64,000 bases of DNA, from assembly GCA_964016885.1 (NCBI GenBank), contig OZ024743.1, positions 311,054,001-311,118,000 on the forward strand. The letters are read 5' to 3'. The DNA comes from Eledone cirrhosa (Eukaryota). Positions 1 to 12,842 of this stretch are shown here, one piece after another. Positions within the stretch are counted from its first letter, which is position 1; each line of letters starts with the position of its first letter. The position numbers were made by a program, and so were the translations under genes. The notes beneath the pieces were generated by a model. It saw only the letters and a program-made list of their open reading frames with translations, did no database searches and had not been told where the DNA came from.

Positions 1-420
1 CGCTGTTTCCCTCCTATAGACATTCTCTCTCTTTCTTTTTCTGTCCTTCTCTCTCTTCTACTCTGCACTTTCTATTTCCTTCTCTTTTTCAACCGCGTTC
101 CCGCTTACGGCAGTTCTAATGGAGATTGTTTAACGCAAAGTCACACAAGGATTAGAAAATAGCGATTATCACTTTGAAAGTAACAATTATGCAATAAATA
201 GTTGTTATTCACACGTCTCGCATCCTCCTTTGGCAATGTGTAAAATTTTAGCAAAATCGGGTGAACAATACGCAAGTTATAATACTTTACACACACAGAC
301 AGAACGGGACTTATATAGTAGATATAGATATATATACATTCGGTGTATAAGGATGCAATCCACTTCAAGCACTCAACGTCATATTACTTCTTTAAAATAA
401 GAATGATGGAGTATATTTAT

Positions 421-855
<435 letters not shown>

Positions 856-1364
856 TGATATCTATGTATATATATATATATCACATCTCCTAGTTTAGAA
901 CAACAAAACTGTATTCTTCCTATCTTTCGATTTTAGCACTTTTATGAATTTTTATGGGTTTTTTATACTCCATTTTATGTATTTATTTATCTATTTATTG
1001 TTTTAATTTATAATCTTTTTAGAAAAAGTGTCGAATAAGCAGTATTATTTTTGATAAATATAATTTGTGTACACACGATAAACATAGATTTATTCTTTTC
1101 TCTTAAATTACCGACTATTTTTACTTTCCTGTAATATGTATAATTAATGATTATTATATAAAACACCTATCCTATTTTCTGGTGCTGATTTCTATGATGA
1201 CATTGCTTCTATCCATAGCGTTACTCTAAAAGCATTTTGGTATATATTTCAGACATTATTTATTAAACTTATTTCTTCAGTCTTTCAATTTATCATGTTT
1301 CGTTTGTCTAGGTTTGATAATCCAGTTTCAAAAATATTATATATTGTATACCATAGCCGTATTC

Positions 1365-1506
1365 ATCATTGGGTGGTTCCAGAGTATGATTTGCAACCAC
1401 TTGGTTCTTAGTTCAGTATTGCTGCACATCATATTAAGCAACTGTCTTTTAATATAAACTCGAGCTAACCAAAATCTTATGAGTCGAATTTGGTAAACAG
1501 AAACTG
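1365..1506 (+). mobile_element. Degenerate tRNA-derived SINE fragment
   Basis: caaccacttggttcttagttcagt...ctcgagctaaccaaaatcttatgagtcgaatttggtaaacagaaactg resembles an abundant octopus SINE, recalled from memory. A related reverse copy lies at ~15710-15830. Confidence 0.4.
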
Positions 1507-1973
1507 CCTATCCTATATCTAACATCCAATGTATATCACTTGCTAGTTTAAAAAGTCACTATACAACTCATCATGGTGCTATTGGCATATAGTTATCATA
1601 TGAGTAAGAAAATAATCAAATACGAAATCGATTAGACAACCAACATATTTGATATTTACTACACCTTGTTGAGTTGCAATAGATGGGTTTTATGGGTCAA
1701 TACAAATCTGTTATATTGCTCTGATAGACAGATATTCATTTAGTAGTCGAACAACGCACACGTGTTATTCAAGGCTCCATGATGATTCGATAAAGAGAAC
1801 TATATATTGAATAAATTTTTTACTTCAAAGAATCGTTCTGTTGAACGAATTTCTTCCAATATTAGCTGTTTTGATTCATTGAAATAATTAATATTGTTTC
1901 TTAATTACAGAAACCGAAATTTTAGCTATCTTTTCATTGAGATGTCAAGTATATTAGTGCCAAATAACTTTCA

Positions 1974-2038
<65 letters not shown>

Positions 2039-2532
2039 GTAATCTGAGTTTTTCGAATATTAATTATAATATTCGATTCGTTTGCAATTAGGCAAACAAG
2101 CCTCATTTTTAAAGCCATGTCAGTAGAATGAGCCCCACATTCTTGGTCTTGTGTTGGCATGTAAACAGAACTACAGACACTAATGTTTCTGCGTATTACC
2201 CTTCATCAGTACAGTTCACTGTTCACCTGCCAACTGTCAGAGCTAGTGAAAATGTATGCTATTTTCTCAAATATTCAGTGACTGATCAACCTGTCATGCA
2301 TATTAGCAGACTGGCTGATCAGTCAGATCTGCATACTAACAGATCCACTGATCAGCCAAATTTGAATGATTGAGAAAAGGAAAATGGTGATGGTGGTTGA
2401 GGTACTAGTGGCAGCAACGCGAAAATCCCAAGTTGTAACAAATATGGAAAATAAATGGTGTTTACCAGTTTATTTTTACATTATTTTTAATTAAAGAGAA
2501 AAGTCATTATAAACTGATTATTTTATATATTT

Positions 2533-2562
2533 ACTAGCTGCAGTACCCGGTAATACCCGGGA
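2533..2562 (-). mobile_element. Helitron-like 3' terminus
   Basis: The minus strand reads cccgggtattaccggg (GC hairpin) tactgcagCTAG|t, the canonical Helitron hairpin plus CTAG-T end. Confidence 0.5.
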
Positions 2563-3442
2563 AAGGTGGGATTATCCGCAGTTCCCAGAGTGCGCCTGAA
2601 AATGCTAGCGACCCTGGGTGCTCATACTGGATTTTCAATAGCAGCCTTTGTTAGGTGTGTTTATGGCAGATAAATTTTTTGCATGGAACTATCAATAGCT
2701 GTTTGAGTCATAAGTCCTTCTTCCATCCAGCTTTCTTCATTCAGAGTGAATAATCCGAGGAAGTTTGAGCTCGAAGGGTATTGAACTTATGCAACAAACT
2801 TATGTATAAGAATAGCAAACTTACTGCCTTAGCTCTCCAGAACAAACATAGAACAATTGAGGAAGTCATTGCAATTATTGAAGAAATTATAATCGAGTGT
2901 GCATATTCAGGTACTGTTCAAGCACCCTGTATATCACCGTTTGTAAAGCCTTTCGAATGATTGAAGCAATTCAATAAAACCATCCCGTCTTTCCCCTATA
3001 GTATACATAACCCAGGAAAACACCATAATAAGTCGGATAAACAATCAGAAGTGTTGGTGGTAAAGAGGGCCTTGAAACGTTCACCGTTGCAAAGTGTCAA
3101 TAATGGGGGAGAAGTTACATCTTAATTCGTGTTAATCTTCCCACGATCCGGCACCTGGACATATCGACAAAATAAACTCTACTCCCAAAGACGGCATGTT
3201 ACAATTAACATGCCGGGAGTACGAATATTCGTCAACATACGATTTGGGTTTTATTCTTCGCACTAATCTCATGGTAAGCCAACTTCTAGGTCATTGATCA
3301 TCACACATTTTTGTAACTTATCACCAATTCCTGCAGTTAACCTTAATGTGACCTAAGAGTGTGCACGTGTTCAGAATCCATATCAGTGGATGCGATATAT
3401 ATATATATATATATCTACCACTACCATGGGACGAGTTAGGTA

Positions 3443-4196
3443 GAAGTGGTTACACAACAGTTAGTTCATCATACCGAGAACAATTATTTCACCTTAGCGG
3501 ATCCTCAGCTCGTAATGGACATGGTTATACGGAACAGGAAGGACAACCGTACGAACGCGCGTGTACAGAAACGATCACTTCACACAGGCAATACTAAAAT
3601 GTGTGCGAGAGGTGTAAGGGAGATAACTGCGAAAGTCCGAAAAGTTTCTAGTTGATAAGAAAATTAGGATGTTAGTGTAATTCAATCCGGAGCTTTGTAG
3701 TTACGTAAGAGGTGTTTCGAGACGTGTGGACGACGTGTGAAGAATTCATTGCTCGTGTTTAGGCAATCGCTATTGCGTAATCTCTTTAGAATATTTATTC
3801 GTTCATCAATACATAGTCCACACGACGAATTTCCCCGTGCGTTTGGCTTGGACTTAGGGACGGCTTTCCATTGAATAGAGTAGTCTATATTTGAGTGCTT
3901 GAGGGACCATACGTGGCTCACGAGTTTCGTGGATGAACGTCTGTCCGGGTACCTAAAGGTCGACTGGTGGTTCAGGAAGTGTTCGTTAAATCGGCCCTCC
4001 GCGATACCCACATAGGATTTGACCTCCTGTGGTTGATTTGGTCGGTTGGAAGTGACCACAGCTTCATAAACTACAGCGGGTGTGTTGCATTGCTGTTGAA
4101 GGAGACAAGCTTCGGGCTTACGGCAAGAGCGCCCTGGTGGGGTGTTACTCTTAGGGCTATTGGTGATGTGGGCCTTCATGTTCTTAGCGCAGGAGT
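3443..4196 (-). mobile_element. 5'-truncated Penelope-like element (GIY-YIG end plus pseudo-LTR), same family as 54405-56312
   Basis: ORF 3682-4179 has CRKPEACLLQQQC..VVYEA..SYVG..FNEHFLNH..CGLC; closely similar to 55560-56312. Confidence 0.9.
3475..3512 (-). ncRNA. Minimal type I hammerhead motif
   Basis: cgag-CTGAGGA-t cc gctaa gg t-GAAA-taattGTT-ctcg; helix I is cgag/ctcg. Second copy at 56242-56279 (+). Confidence 0.7.
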
Positions 4197-4750
4197 ATCA
4201 AGCGCAAATCCGGTTGCTGTGTACGTTGCCGTGTTATTGAAACCGTAAACTCACGTCTGTGCTACTTCTACTAAGGCCCCTTTTGTTGCACCTACACCGC
4301 AGTATGAACGCCCTGCGCAAGTACACCGAACAGTGGTTGTGCTAATTCCGCAGTGACCCTCTTTGTCGCACCTTTGTTGCTGTGTAAACGCAGTTCAACC
4401 AGTGCCGCCCAGCGTTTGTGTTAATTGCACTCTGGCCCCCTTCTGATGCATTTGCGTTGCCACGCTGATTTTGTCATCTCAACATCCCTACTTAAACGTA
4501 CATCCCTACTTGGTTTTCACACAATTGACTACATCGCTCCTTCAGACTGACGTGTGTTCCCCATCCGTAACGTAATTCGTGAACAGACTTACGACATATA
4601 TCGCCCCACAACACTTACACCTTTCGCATACAGGATTTCCGCAATCAGCCCACTGACACTGCTACTACTGAATTCGGCCTGCTGGTGTTCTACGTTTCCA
4701 GTAGATGAACAATCATTCCTTGAGAATTAGGGAATTCAAAATGTGCGAAA

Positions 4751-5774
4751 ATCAACGAAAAAACTAATCAGGTTAGACAACTGACCTGGACAAATCGAAC
4801 GATATGCAAAACGTCCGATATGTTTCTATGAAATCCGAAATCATCAATCCGATTTACGCAATATGCAAATTTGTGGTATTCTATAATCGAACTGTGGACT
4901 CACGTTATCAACAGGTTTTTCGTTCTATGCCTCAAGCCGGTGTTGAGTGTAACGCTGAACTGCTATCGTTGGCAGCATTCAGTGTTCGACTGTCACGTGT
5001 TTTTTTTTTCAACAAGGGAAGTAACCCACGGTTTTTGGCGGGTAAATTCAAAATGTGAACAAAAGAAACAATTCCGTTCCACAATCCGAGTGAGAAGCTC
5101 TCGACTAGTCGTTATCAAACAAACATAAATAATCCAAAAATCAATGGAATTGTCTAATTAAATTAATTAGTTAATTAATTATTAGGTCTAGGAGATAATA
5201 ATACAAGTGGAAGCTTTGTAAAATCGAAGTTTTGGCTGTGGCCAAGCTAACGACATACAATTACAAATGTGCAGCAAATCACTCGATAAGGTTGTAGACA
5301 GAGTAATAACATACGTTTAGACAGCTTGACAAATTGGAAATTGCGGCAGGTATACCTAGCCACATAATACCACATCAACGAAAAAACTAATTAGGTTAGA
5401 CAACTGACATGGACAAATCGAACGATATTATAGAATACGTGCGATATATTTCTATGAAGTCGAAATCATCAATCCAACTTACGCAATATGCAAGTGTGTG
5501 GTATTTTACGATCGAAATGTGGACTCACGATATCAACAGGTTTTTCGTTCTATGCCTCAAGCTGGTGTGGAGCGTAACGTTGAACTGCTACCGTTGGCAG
5601 CATTCAGTGTGCGACTGTCACGTGTTTTTGAACAAGGGAAGTAACCTCCGGTTTGAGGCGGGCAAATTCAAAATGTGAACAAAGGAAACAATTCCGTTCC
5701 ACAATCCGAATGAGAAGCTCTCGACTAGACGTTATTAAACAAACATAAATAATTAACCAATCAATGGAATTGTC
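4751..5774. repeat. Direct tandem duplication, ~400 bp shared, period ~623 bp
   Basis: atcaacgaaaaaactaat(c/t)aggttagacaactgac occurs at 4751 and 5374; both copies end caatggaattgtc. A short inverted piece follows at ~5813-5840. Confidence 0.9.
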
Positions 5775-5775
5775 G

Positions 5776-5817
<42 letters not shown>

Positions 5818-5834
5818 ACAATTCCATTGATTGG

Positions 5835-5925
<91 letters not shown>

Positions 5926-6143
5926 CGCACAAGTATAGCTCTTTATACAAAACAGTTTTTTTTTCAATTTCAGGTAGACGCACTCCATCATCCACTTTTC
6001 TAAAAAAATAAATCATACACAAAACGCCAGCACCAACATTTTTCCAAGAGATGTCAACATGAATGGACCTGTTATTTTTATCTAAAGACATTTCTTCCAA
6101 TTCCACCCGCCCGTCCTTTCAATCTATTTTATTTCTCATTCTT

Positions 6144-6179
6144 TCTTCTGATGAAGGACTAGTATCCGGAACGATAAGA
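6144..6179 (+). ncRNA. Degenerate minimal hammerhead motif
   Basis: tctt-CTGATGA-a gga ctagta tcc g-GAAC-gat-aaga; the GAAA box is mutated. Confidence 0.4.
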
Positions 6180-6349
6180 CCCTCTTCTTGTTATTTCAAG
6201 CGTTAACCTATCATATTCCTTCCATGTACTGCACCGATTGTGTTGTTATTTCTATTTACCTTTGATATATAGTTGTTTTTCGCTAATTTCCAATAACCGA
6301 AATAAGATTCTCGCTAATTTATATATATATATAGAGAGAGAGAGATATA

Positions 6350-7033
6350 TATATATAGGTATGTACACGTACATAAATATATGTATACAGACGTACAGTA
6401 GTATGTATATATATATACATACATGCACACATATATGTATATGTACGTATGGACTCACCGAACATTCATTACAATGCTCGGTGTGTTTGTAAACAAACAT
6501 CCCGTATTAAGCCGCAGTGTCCAGCAATCATCGTTGCTCGCCTGTTCAACACTGACAAAGGAACGCTGTACTAGCGAGCGGGAAATGAAATTTCGTTTCA
6601 TTTTTTCCGTTTATCGTCTTCGGTGCACCCGGTCGATTAACCCACTCGATATGCAAATTGGGCTACTCAGCCGTTAATATGCATAAGGTAAGTATATACG
6701 TTCAACAATCTGGCAGGAAGGTATACGTTGCTGACGATAGCTAATAAGCTTGAAACTAGTACAGCGTTCCTTTGTCAGTGTTGCACAGGCGAGCAACGAT
6801 GGTTGCTGGACACTGCGGCTTAATACGGGATGTTTGTTTACAAACACACTGAGCATTGTAATGAATGTTCGGTGAGTCCATACGTACATATATATATGTG
6901 TGCATGTATGTATATATATATATATACATACTACTGTACGTCTGTATACATATATGTATGTACGTGTACATACTTATATTTAAGTAACAGCCGTACTAAG
7001 AGTGGGAAATGAAATTTCGTTTCATTTTTTTCC

Positions 7034-7040
<7 letters not shown>
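6350..7040. repeat. ORF-less fold-back repeat, same family as 61700-62360 and 45650-45825
   Basis: 6355-6574 is the reverse complement of ~6756-6975 (ctagtacagcgttcctttgtcagtgttg...); flanked by (TA)n. Confidence 0.9.
6727..6765 (+). ncRNA. Minimal type I hammerhead motif
   Basis: gttg-CTGACGA-t agct aata agct t-GAAA-cta GTA-cagc, with palindromic helix III (actagt). The homologue at 62105-62145 has helix I cggtg/catcg. Confidence 0.8.
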
Positions 7041-7073
<33 letters not shown>

Positions 7074-7183
7074 TAAAATAACAGATTAAAGTTTAAGCAA
7101 AGAATCGCTGCTTTCACCCTTAACGGGATCTTCTGAAACTCTTTGAGCCCTCTTTGGATTTTAGTCTTCAAATTTATTATTAT

Positions 7184-7254
<71 letters not shown>

Positions 7255-7822
7255 TACATACATATGTGCGCGCGCAGACTTGAATGTGTGTATCTTTGAG
7301 TGTGTGTTTGTGGGGGGGGGGCGTGCGCGTGTGCACCGATCCTGTGAGCGATCAGGTGAAATCCAGAGTAACAAGACTCACCAGTTTGTAATATTTAATG
7401 AATACTTAAAATTTATTTCAGTATTGAATATTTTTCTTCCGTCCGCCACTAATACACGGATATATGTATGGATAGATGGATAGATAGACCCCACACACAC
7501 TTTCTCTCTTCTGTTTATATTTCCCTCCTTCTGGTGTTACCATTTTCTGCGCCGGATTCTGTTCTGTTTACAGAGGCAAGATATTTATTGTTATATATTT
7601 ACGCACTCCCTTTGCTGTCCTAGTCGAATGACACTCATTTGTACCGATCACCTTATTGTCGCGTTCTTTCATATGTATCTTTCTAACATCTTGTTCTAAA
7701 CCGTCGTGCAACATTATGCAATATCGCCCTTCTGCACAAATTTGCATTGTCCAAATTGATGTTTTTGTTCCTTCGTTCTACGTATTTCCTATTTTTTCGT
7801 GTGCATCTTTGCTAGATATATA

Positions 7823-7900
7823 TCTATATATCTAAAACAGAGAATGTCTGTCTTTCTGTCTGTCTGTCTCCCTAAATCTCGAAAACCACCATTCGTAGAG
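7823..7900 (+). mobile_element. Possible non-autonomous Helitron-like 5' end
   Basis: TCtatatatctaaaa...gtctgtctttctgtctgtctgtc...atctcgaaaaccac pattern; a similar motif is on the minus strand at ~250-330. Confidence 0.3.
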
Positions 7901-10067
7901 ATATCCGACTAAATACATAATTCATTTTACAAGGATTTGCTACAAACAACTAAACACAACATCAACAAAAAAATTAAGGAAGTACCGAAGACAAATAACA
8001 ATGAAGGTAATCAAATTTTATTCAGTTGTAGCTACAGAAGAAACTGAAATTATAAATCGCATTTCTCTTGGAGTTGCGAACTTAATAATGATTTATTTAA
8101 TTGTTATAAAATGGCAAAAAACAATCCCTCCGTTGGCTATATGAACAAAATGAAGCTACACTTGGACGAAATACACTCAGAGCTAAATTATTTCGCAGTG
8201 AAACAATTACGCCAACAAGCGACGTTTGTTGAACGTAAAAATAAGATAAATATTATTAATTGTAAGTCCCCAACAACAAACATGTTATCAGCAACACGTG
8301 CTACAGGTCGCCGTGCTACTAGACTTCCTAGCAGCCAGGTCGAACAGCGCCTTGAAACAAATATGCCTGTAAGAAACTTGACACCACCTGCACCATCTAA
8401 GTCTACCTCGAATGCTGGGGAAAACACTATCGATAATAATAATAATCGAAGAAATTTGACACCACGTGTACCATCCGAATCTACCTCGACTATTGTGGAA
8501 AATACTATCGATAATGATAATCAAAAGTATAAACAATAGAAAATTTCCCCTAATGAAATCTTCCAGAGAGAAATTAACTCATGTATAAATATCTCTCTTG
8601 CTGAACGTGTTAAAACGACAATGTTGAATAAAAAAACAAATAATGAAATATTACGTGTTATTGACGAAATAGGGGTTGAATATTTACGACGGATAAAAAC
8701 GGCAGCATTTTGGCAAATCAACGCCTGTTTATATGCCTTAGCAATAACAGTGGAGCATTATCTTGGTGATAGCAGAGATATTAACAAGAACAAAACACCA
8801 CCAAAAATACCATCATATATAACTAAAATAGAAAAAAAACATAGGATATGTGACAATGCTCCTTACATGCAAAGAAACACAAAAAAACCTCACTCCTCAC
8901 CAACAAAGAGTGAAAAATAAAATAGAGACAATGTTTGGTAACAGGAGAACCGGAACTCTTCAATGTAAGCTGATCACCCTGAAACAAGAATTTAGAGCTG
9001 TTAGCGAAAAACGCCGATACCTGAAGAAGATAGATGAAAGAAAAGTGCTCAATAAAAGATTCAGACGAAACCAAACATCAGTCGGTAGAGATATGAAGGG
9101 CAAAATAATAAGTGTCACTGAGGCCCCATCCCAGAAAGACATAGATTCCTTTTGGAGAAAAATATGGGGTGAAAAGAAGAATATCAACCAAGATGCAGTG
9201 TGGCTCAGAGAAATCCAAAAGAACTATTGCTCCTACACTACAACAAAAACATACGAAATAAGTGAGGGTACCCTTGAGACTGTGATAGGAAAACTCCAAG
9301 ATAAGAAAACGCCAGGAAGAGACATAATTGTCGGCTACTGGTACAAAATACTGATATTCTAATCGGAGGTATCTTACTGACCTCTACCAACAAGTTCTTA
9401 AGGGAGATACACTTATACCAGAATCGTTGACATTAGCACAAATATTACTGGTTCTGAAGAACAAAGACACCCACTTGGCAAAGAACTACCGACCCATTGC
9501 ATGCCAGAACCTGATGTATAAGATGTATACAGCCTGCCTGAACCTATTCCTCCAAGATCACTGTGAAAATAATAACATCATCACAGATGAACAAGCAGCT
9601 GGAAAGAAAGGGGTTTGGGATGTGCTGAACAAATCCTAATAAACAAAACTACGATGTCGGAGGTGCGACAACTCAGGAGGAATATGACTACCGTCTGGCT
9701 GGACTACAGGAAAGCTTTTAAATCTGTTCCCCACTCTTGGATGATAGAGGCCCTCCAACTTGCTAAAGTCCCAGGCATTATTGTCAGAGCCATAGATAGG
9801 CTGTCTTCTTCTTGGGCTACTATCCTAAGGTTAAAGACAGAGAGGGAGGACTCTATTTTCACGTATAAAATAAAATATTGGGGTTTAATGATAAGATGAA
9901 TAATATCTCTCTGTGATATTATTCATCTTATCATTAAACCCCTTGTCCTTTCTGCTCAAGAAATGTGAGGGATACATCATTGGCTCACAGGAGGACAGAA
10001 ATACGAACCTAATCCATAATTTATTTGTGGACGATCTGAAACTCTATGCCAAGAACATGGATGGGAT

Positions 10068-12842
10068 TGTAGTGACCTACATCCCGCGGCTTCACATACA
10101 TTCTCTGTGCGTGATTTGGCTCAGCTCAGCCAATCAGCACCAGGAGAAGAGGATGTATCCCTACGCGTTCTGAGGGAGAAATAGCCCGCGAAGATTTGAG
10201 GAATCTCACACACTCGCAGCTTGACCATGCTAAGGTAAACACCATTTGTTCTTTTGCTCCGCCAGCACAAACAATATGTAACGACAAAACATTCCTACGG
10301 GCCTGGATAAACGCCTATTCCAGTCGACCGTATTTTCTCTTGTAATCTTAATTGAATTGTTTCATTTCTCTCGGCATGCCAACTTAATTCACTTCTTAAC
10401 CATTGTTAATAAATTATGTAAAACAAAGCTAAAGTCGTTGTCGATAATCCTATCATATCTCTCTACCAAACCTGGTTCCTCGTGGCAACATTACAACTCT
10501 CTAAATACTTCTCTCCGCTAAATTGGTGACCCTCGACGATTAAGTATGAAAACGCAGCCTATTTGAATTCGCCATTCGTTTTAATGGCTATGTGGAGTGG
10601 TTTAACATTTGGAATGTTCGAATCGGGTAGCTAGACTCACTTAGCGTAAGTCCATAAAATTCATAATATTCCATTTGTTGAAGGACGGGGCCTGCACAAT
10701 ATTTCTGTCATAACTTTCATGGTAACACTAGTAACTCACGCATACAGACGAACACAAAAATACAACACAAAAAAAAATTAATTAAAAAAAAAAAGGATTT
10801 CTCTGGATGTGGAATTTTGCTTTCGGCGTTCTGTTGAGATTATAAATGGAGACTCAGAAATTTTGTTTTCCCGCGTACAGCTTGTCTTCTCCAATCCCAG
10901 CCGTCTGATTGGCTGCATCGTGCCACATGACGGCTTCTTCATCACAGACGCATTTTTCAATCGGCCATCTTGGATTTTCTTGCCGAATAATTTTCATGGA
11001 AAATAATTTTTTTTTATTATTCAAATTTTCTTTAGAATATTTTAGAAAAAAAAGAAAAAATGAGCAGTATTTCAAAAACTTTTCGCCACGAGGAAATTTC
11101 AAAACGGCTACCACCAATACCAGCCATCAGCAGAAACACATGACTAATTATTAACCAACACCAGGGAACGGCTAGTAACTTTACCGACGCAACCACCATA
11201 CCTTCTGTCTCGTTACCACAAGGACTCGAGAAATTAAGACATTAGTTTTCTCACCATTATGGCGTCAGACGTGGCGGCCAGATTGGTGACTCTGCGTTCT
11301 TCAACGCTCGACTTCTACTCTACAGAAGATTCATTGTGACTTTGCTTTAACAACAACAACTCTACTAGCTCCCTAGTAAGCGCGTTCCCAAAGAAAAAAG
11401 GAGCGAACTTTTTGTTAAAAGAAAGGAAACAATTCTTTCTTTCTTCCTTTTTTTTTTCAGGCATTTATTTTGGACATTTATTTTTTTTTTAAACTGTATT
11501 ATATGAAAATTCATTTCTCTCTATCATTGTATATGTGACCGCACGAACACATTTTCTTTGCTGTATTACATGCCTGCATTTATACACACACCAACATGTT
11601 GTTATCTATGGTATGTGATCTTCAAGCGTCGTAATATTCTGCGAGATCCCTTTTCACCTTCTGGAGGTACCGAAACATGCTATCGACACTTGCAGCTTAA
11701 TTCACCTGCACCGCAACACGAGAATGCTAATTACAGCTGAACTCAAACAGTTTCGCATCTCGTTGCACATTCATCGTCCATAACAACCTCTATCTTGTTA
11801 TCTTACCCAACTCACCGGGAAAACAACAAATAGAACTGGACTTGTCAGCATTTCAACCACTTCTGTGGATTCGCCCGAATTGTGGGACTGCAACCCACCT
11901 ACAGATTCAGCTTGCTTTTTTTCTTATCAAAGCAACCAGCCATTTTTTCCTGGCTCCCTAGCACATTTGGCAATACATCTGGGAGGCCAACATTTTCTCG
12001 CCTACCCATCATCTTCTTGCCAGCACTGGTAAACTGCCATAATAGCTTCGTCCACAGCTACTGGTACAACACTTACCATTAACATTTAATGCAAGAACAG
12101 CAACTTCGCCCTTGTTAGACTTTATCTGTTTTCTGTTAGGCATTTGGTGGTCACGTATAAACTACAAAACAGCTAGTCATTTGACAGCGGCTCAACACGG
12201 TCCGTAGCGCCTCATTTTTTTTCTTGCATGCATCTTTCTGCTCAATTATTTTTCACTGATGTGCTCTTTCAGCATTTGTTCTTGCTGATTCAATAATCTG
12301 TATCGACTACCGTCTAGAAGGGGGGTGTAAACTGTACCTTGTGGGTCCTTGGCTTCATCGTTAACGATTTTCGCCTAAAAATCTGCTCGGAGGTGATGTA
12401 GTGACCTACATTCCGCGGGCTCACATACATTCTCTGTGCGTGATTTGGCTCATCTCAGCCAATCAGCGCCAGGAGAAGAGCATGTATCCCTACGCGTTCT
12501 GAGGGAGAAATAACCCGCGAAGATTTGAGGAATCTCACACACTCGCAGCTTGACTATGCTAAGGTAAACACCACTTATTCTTTTGCTCCGCCAGCAAAAA
12601 CAATATGTAACGACAAAACATTCCTACGGGCCTGGCTAAACGCATCATCCAGTAGACCGTATTTTCTCTTGTAATCTTAATTGAATTGTTTCATTTCTCT
12701 CGGCATGCCAACTTAATTCACTTCTTAACCATTGTTAATAAATTATGTAAAACCAAGTTGTCGATATTCCTATCATATCTCTCTACCAAACCTGGTTCCT
12801 CGTGGCAACATTACAACTCTCTAAATACTTCTCTCCGCTAAA
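10068..12842 (+). mobile_element. Non-autonomous LTR retrotransposon (LTRs 10068-10522 and 12397-12842), TSD GGAT
   Basis: Near-identical ~450-bp direct repeats start TGTAGTGACC and end CCGCTAAA. GGAT is at 10064-10067 and 12843-12846. Removing the insert restores ...KNMDG|MKKNLDLVTTFSKDIGMEFGQDKC. Confidence 0.95.
10524..10540 (+). promoter_or_regulatory. Primer-binding site resembling tRNA-Trp complement
   Basis: tggtgaccctcgacgat lies 1 nt after the 5' LTR; compare TGGTGACCCCGACGTGAT, the complement of the tRNA-Trp 3' end. Confidence 0.75.

Noticed and set aside
7335-7375. Hammerhead half-sites (cctg..cagg t GAAA..GTA here; GAAAcag..ctgta at ~16462; CTGAAAA..GAAA at ~46507)
   Set aside because: The CUGANGA box or helix II/I is missing, so they were not counted as ribozymes.
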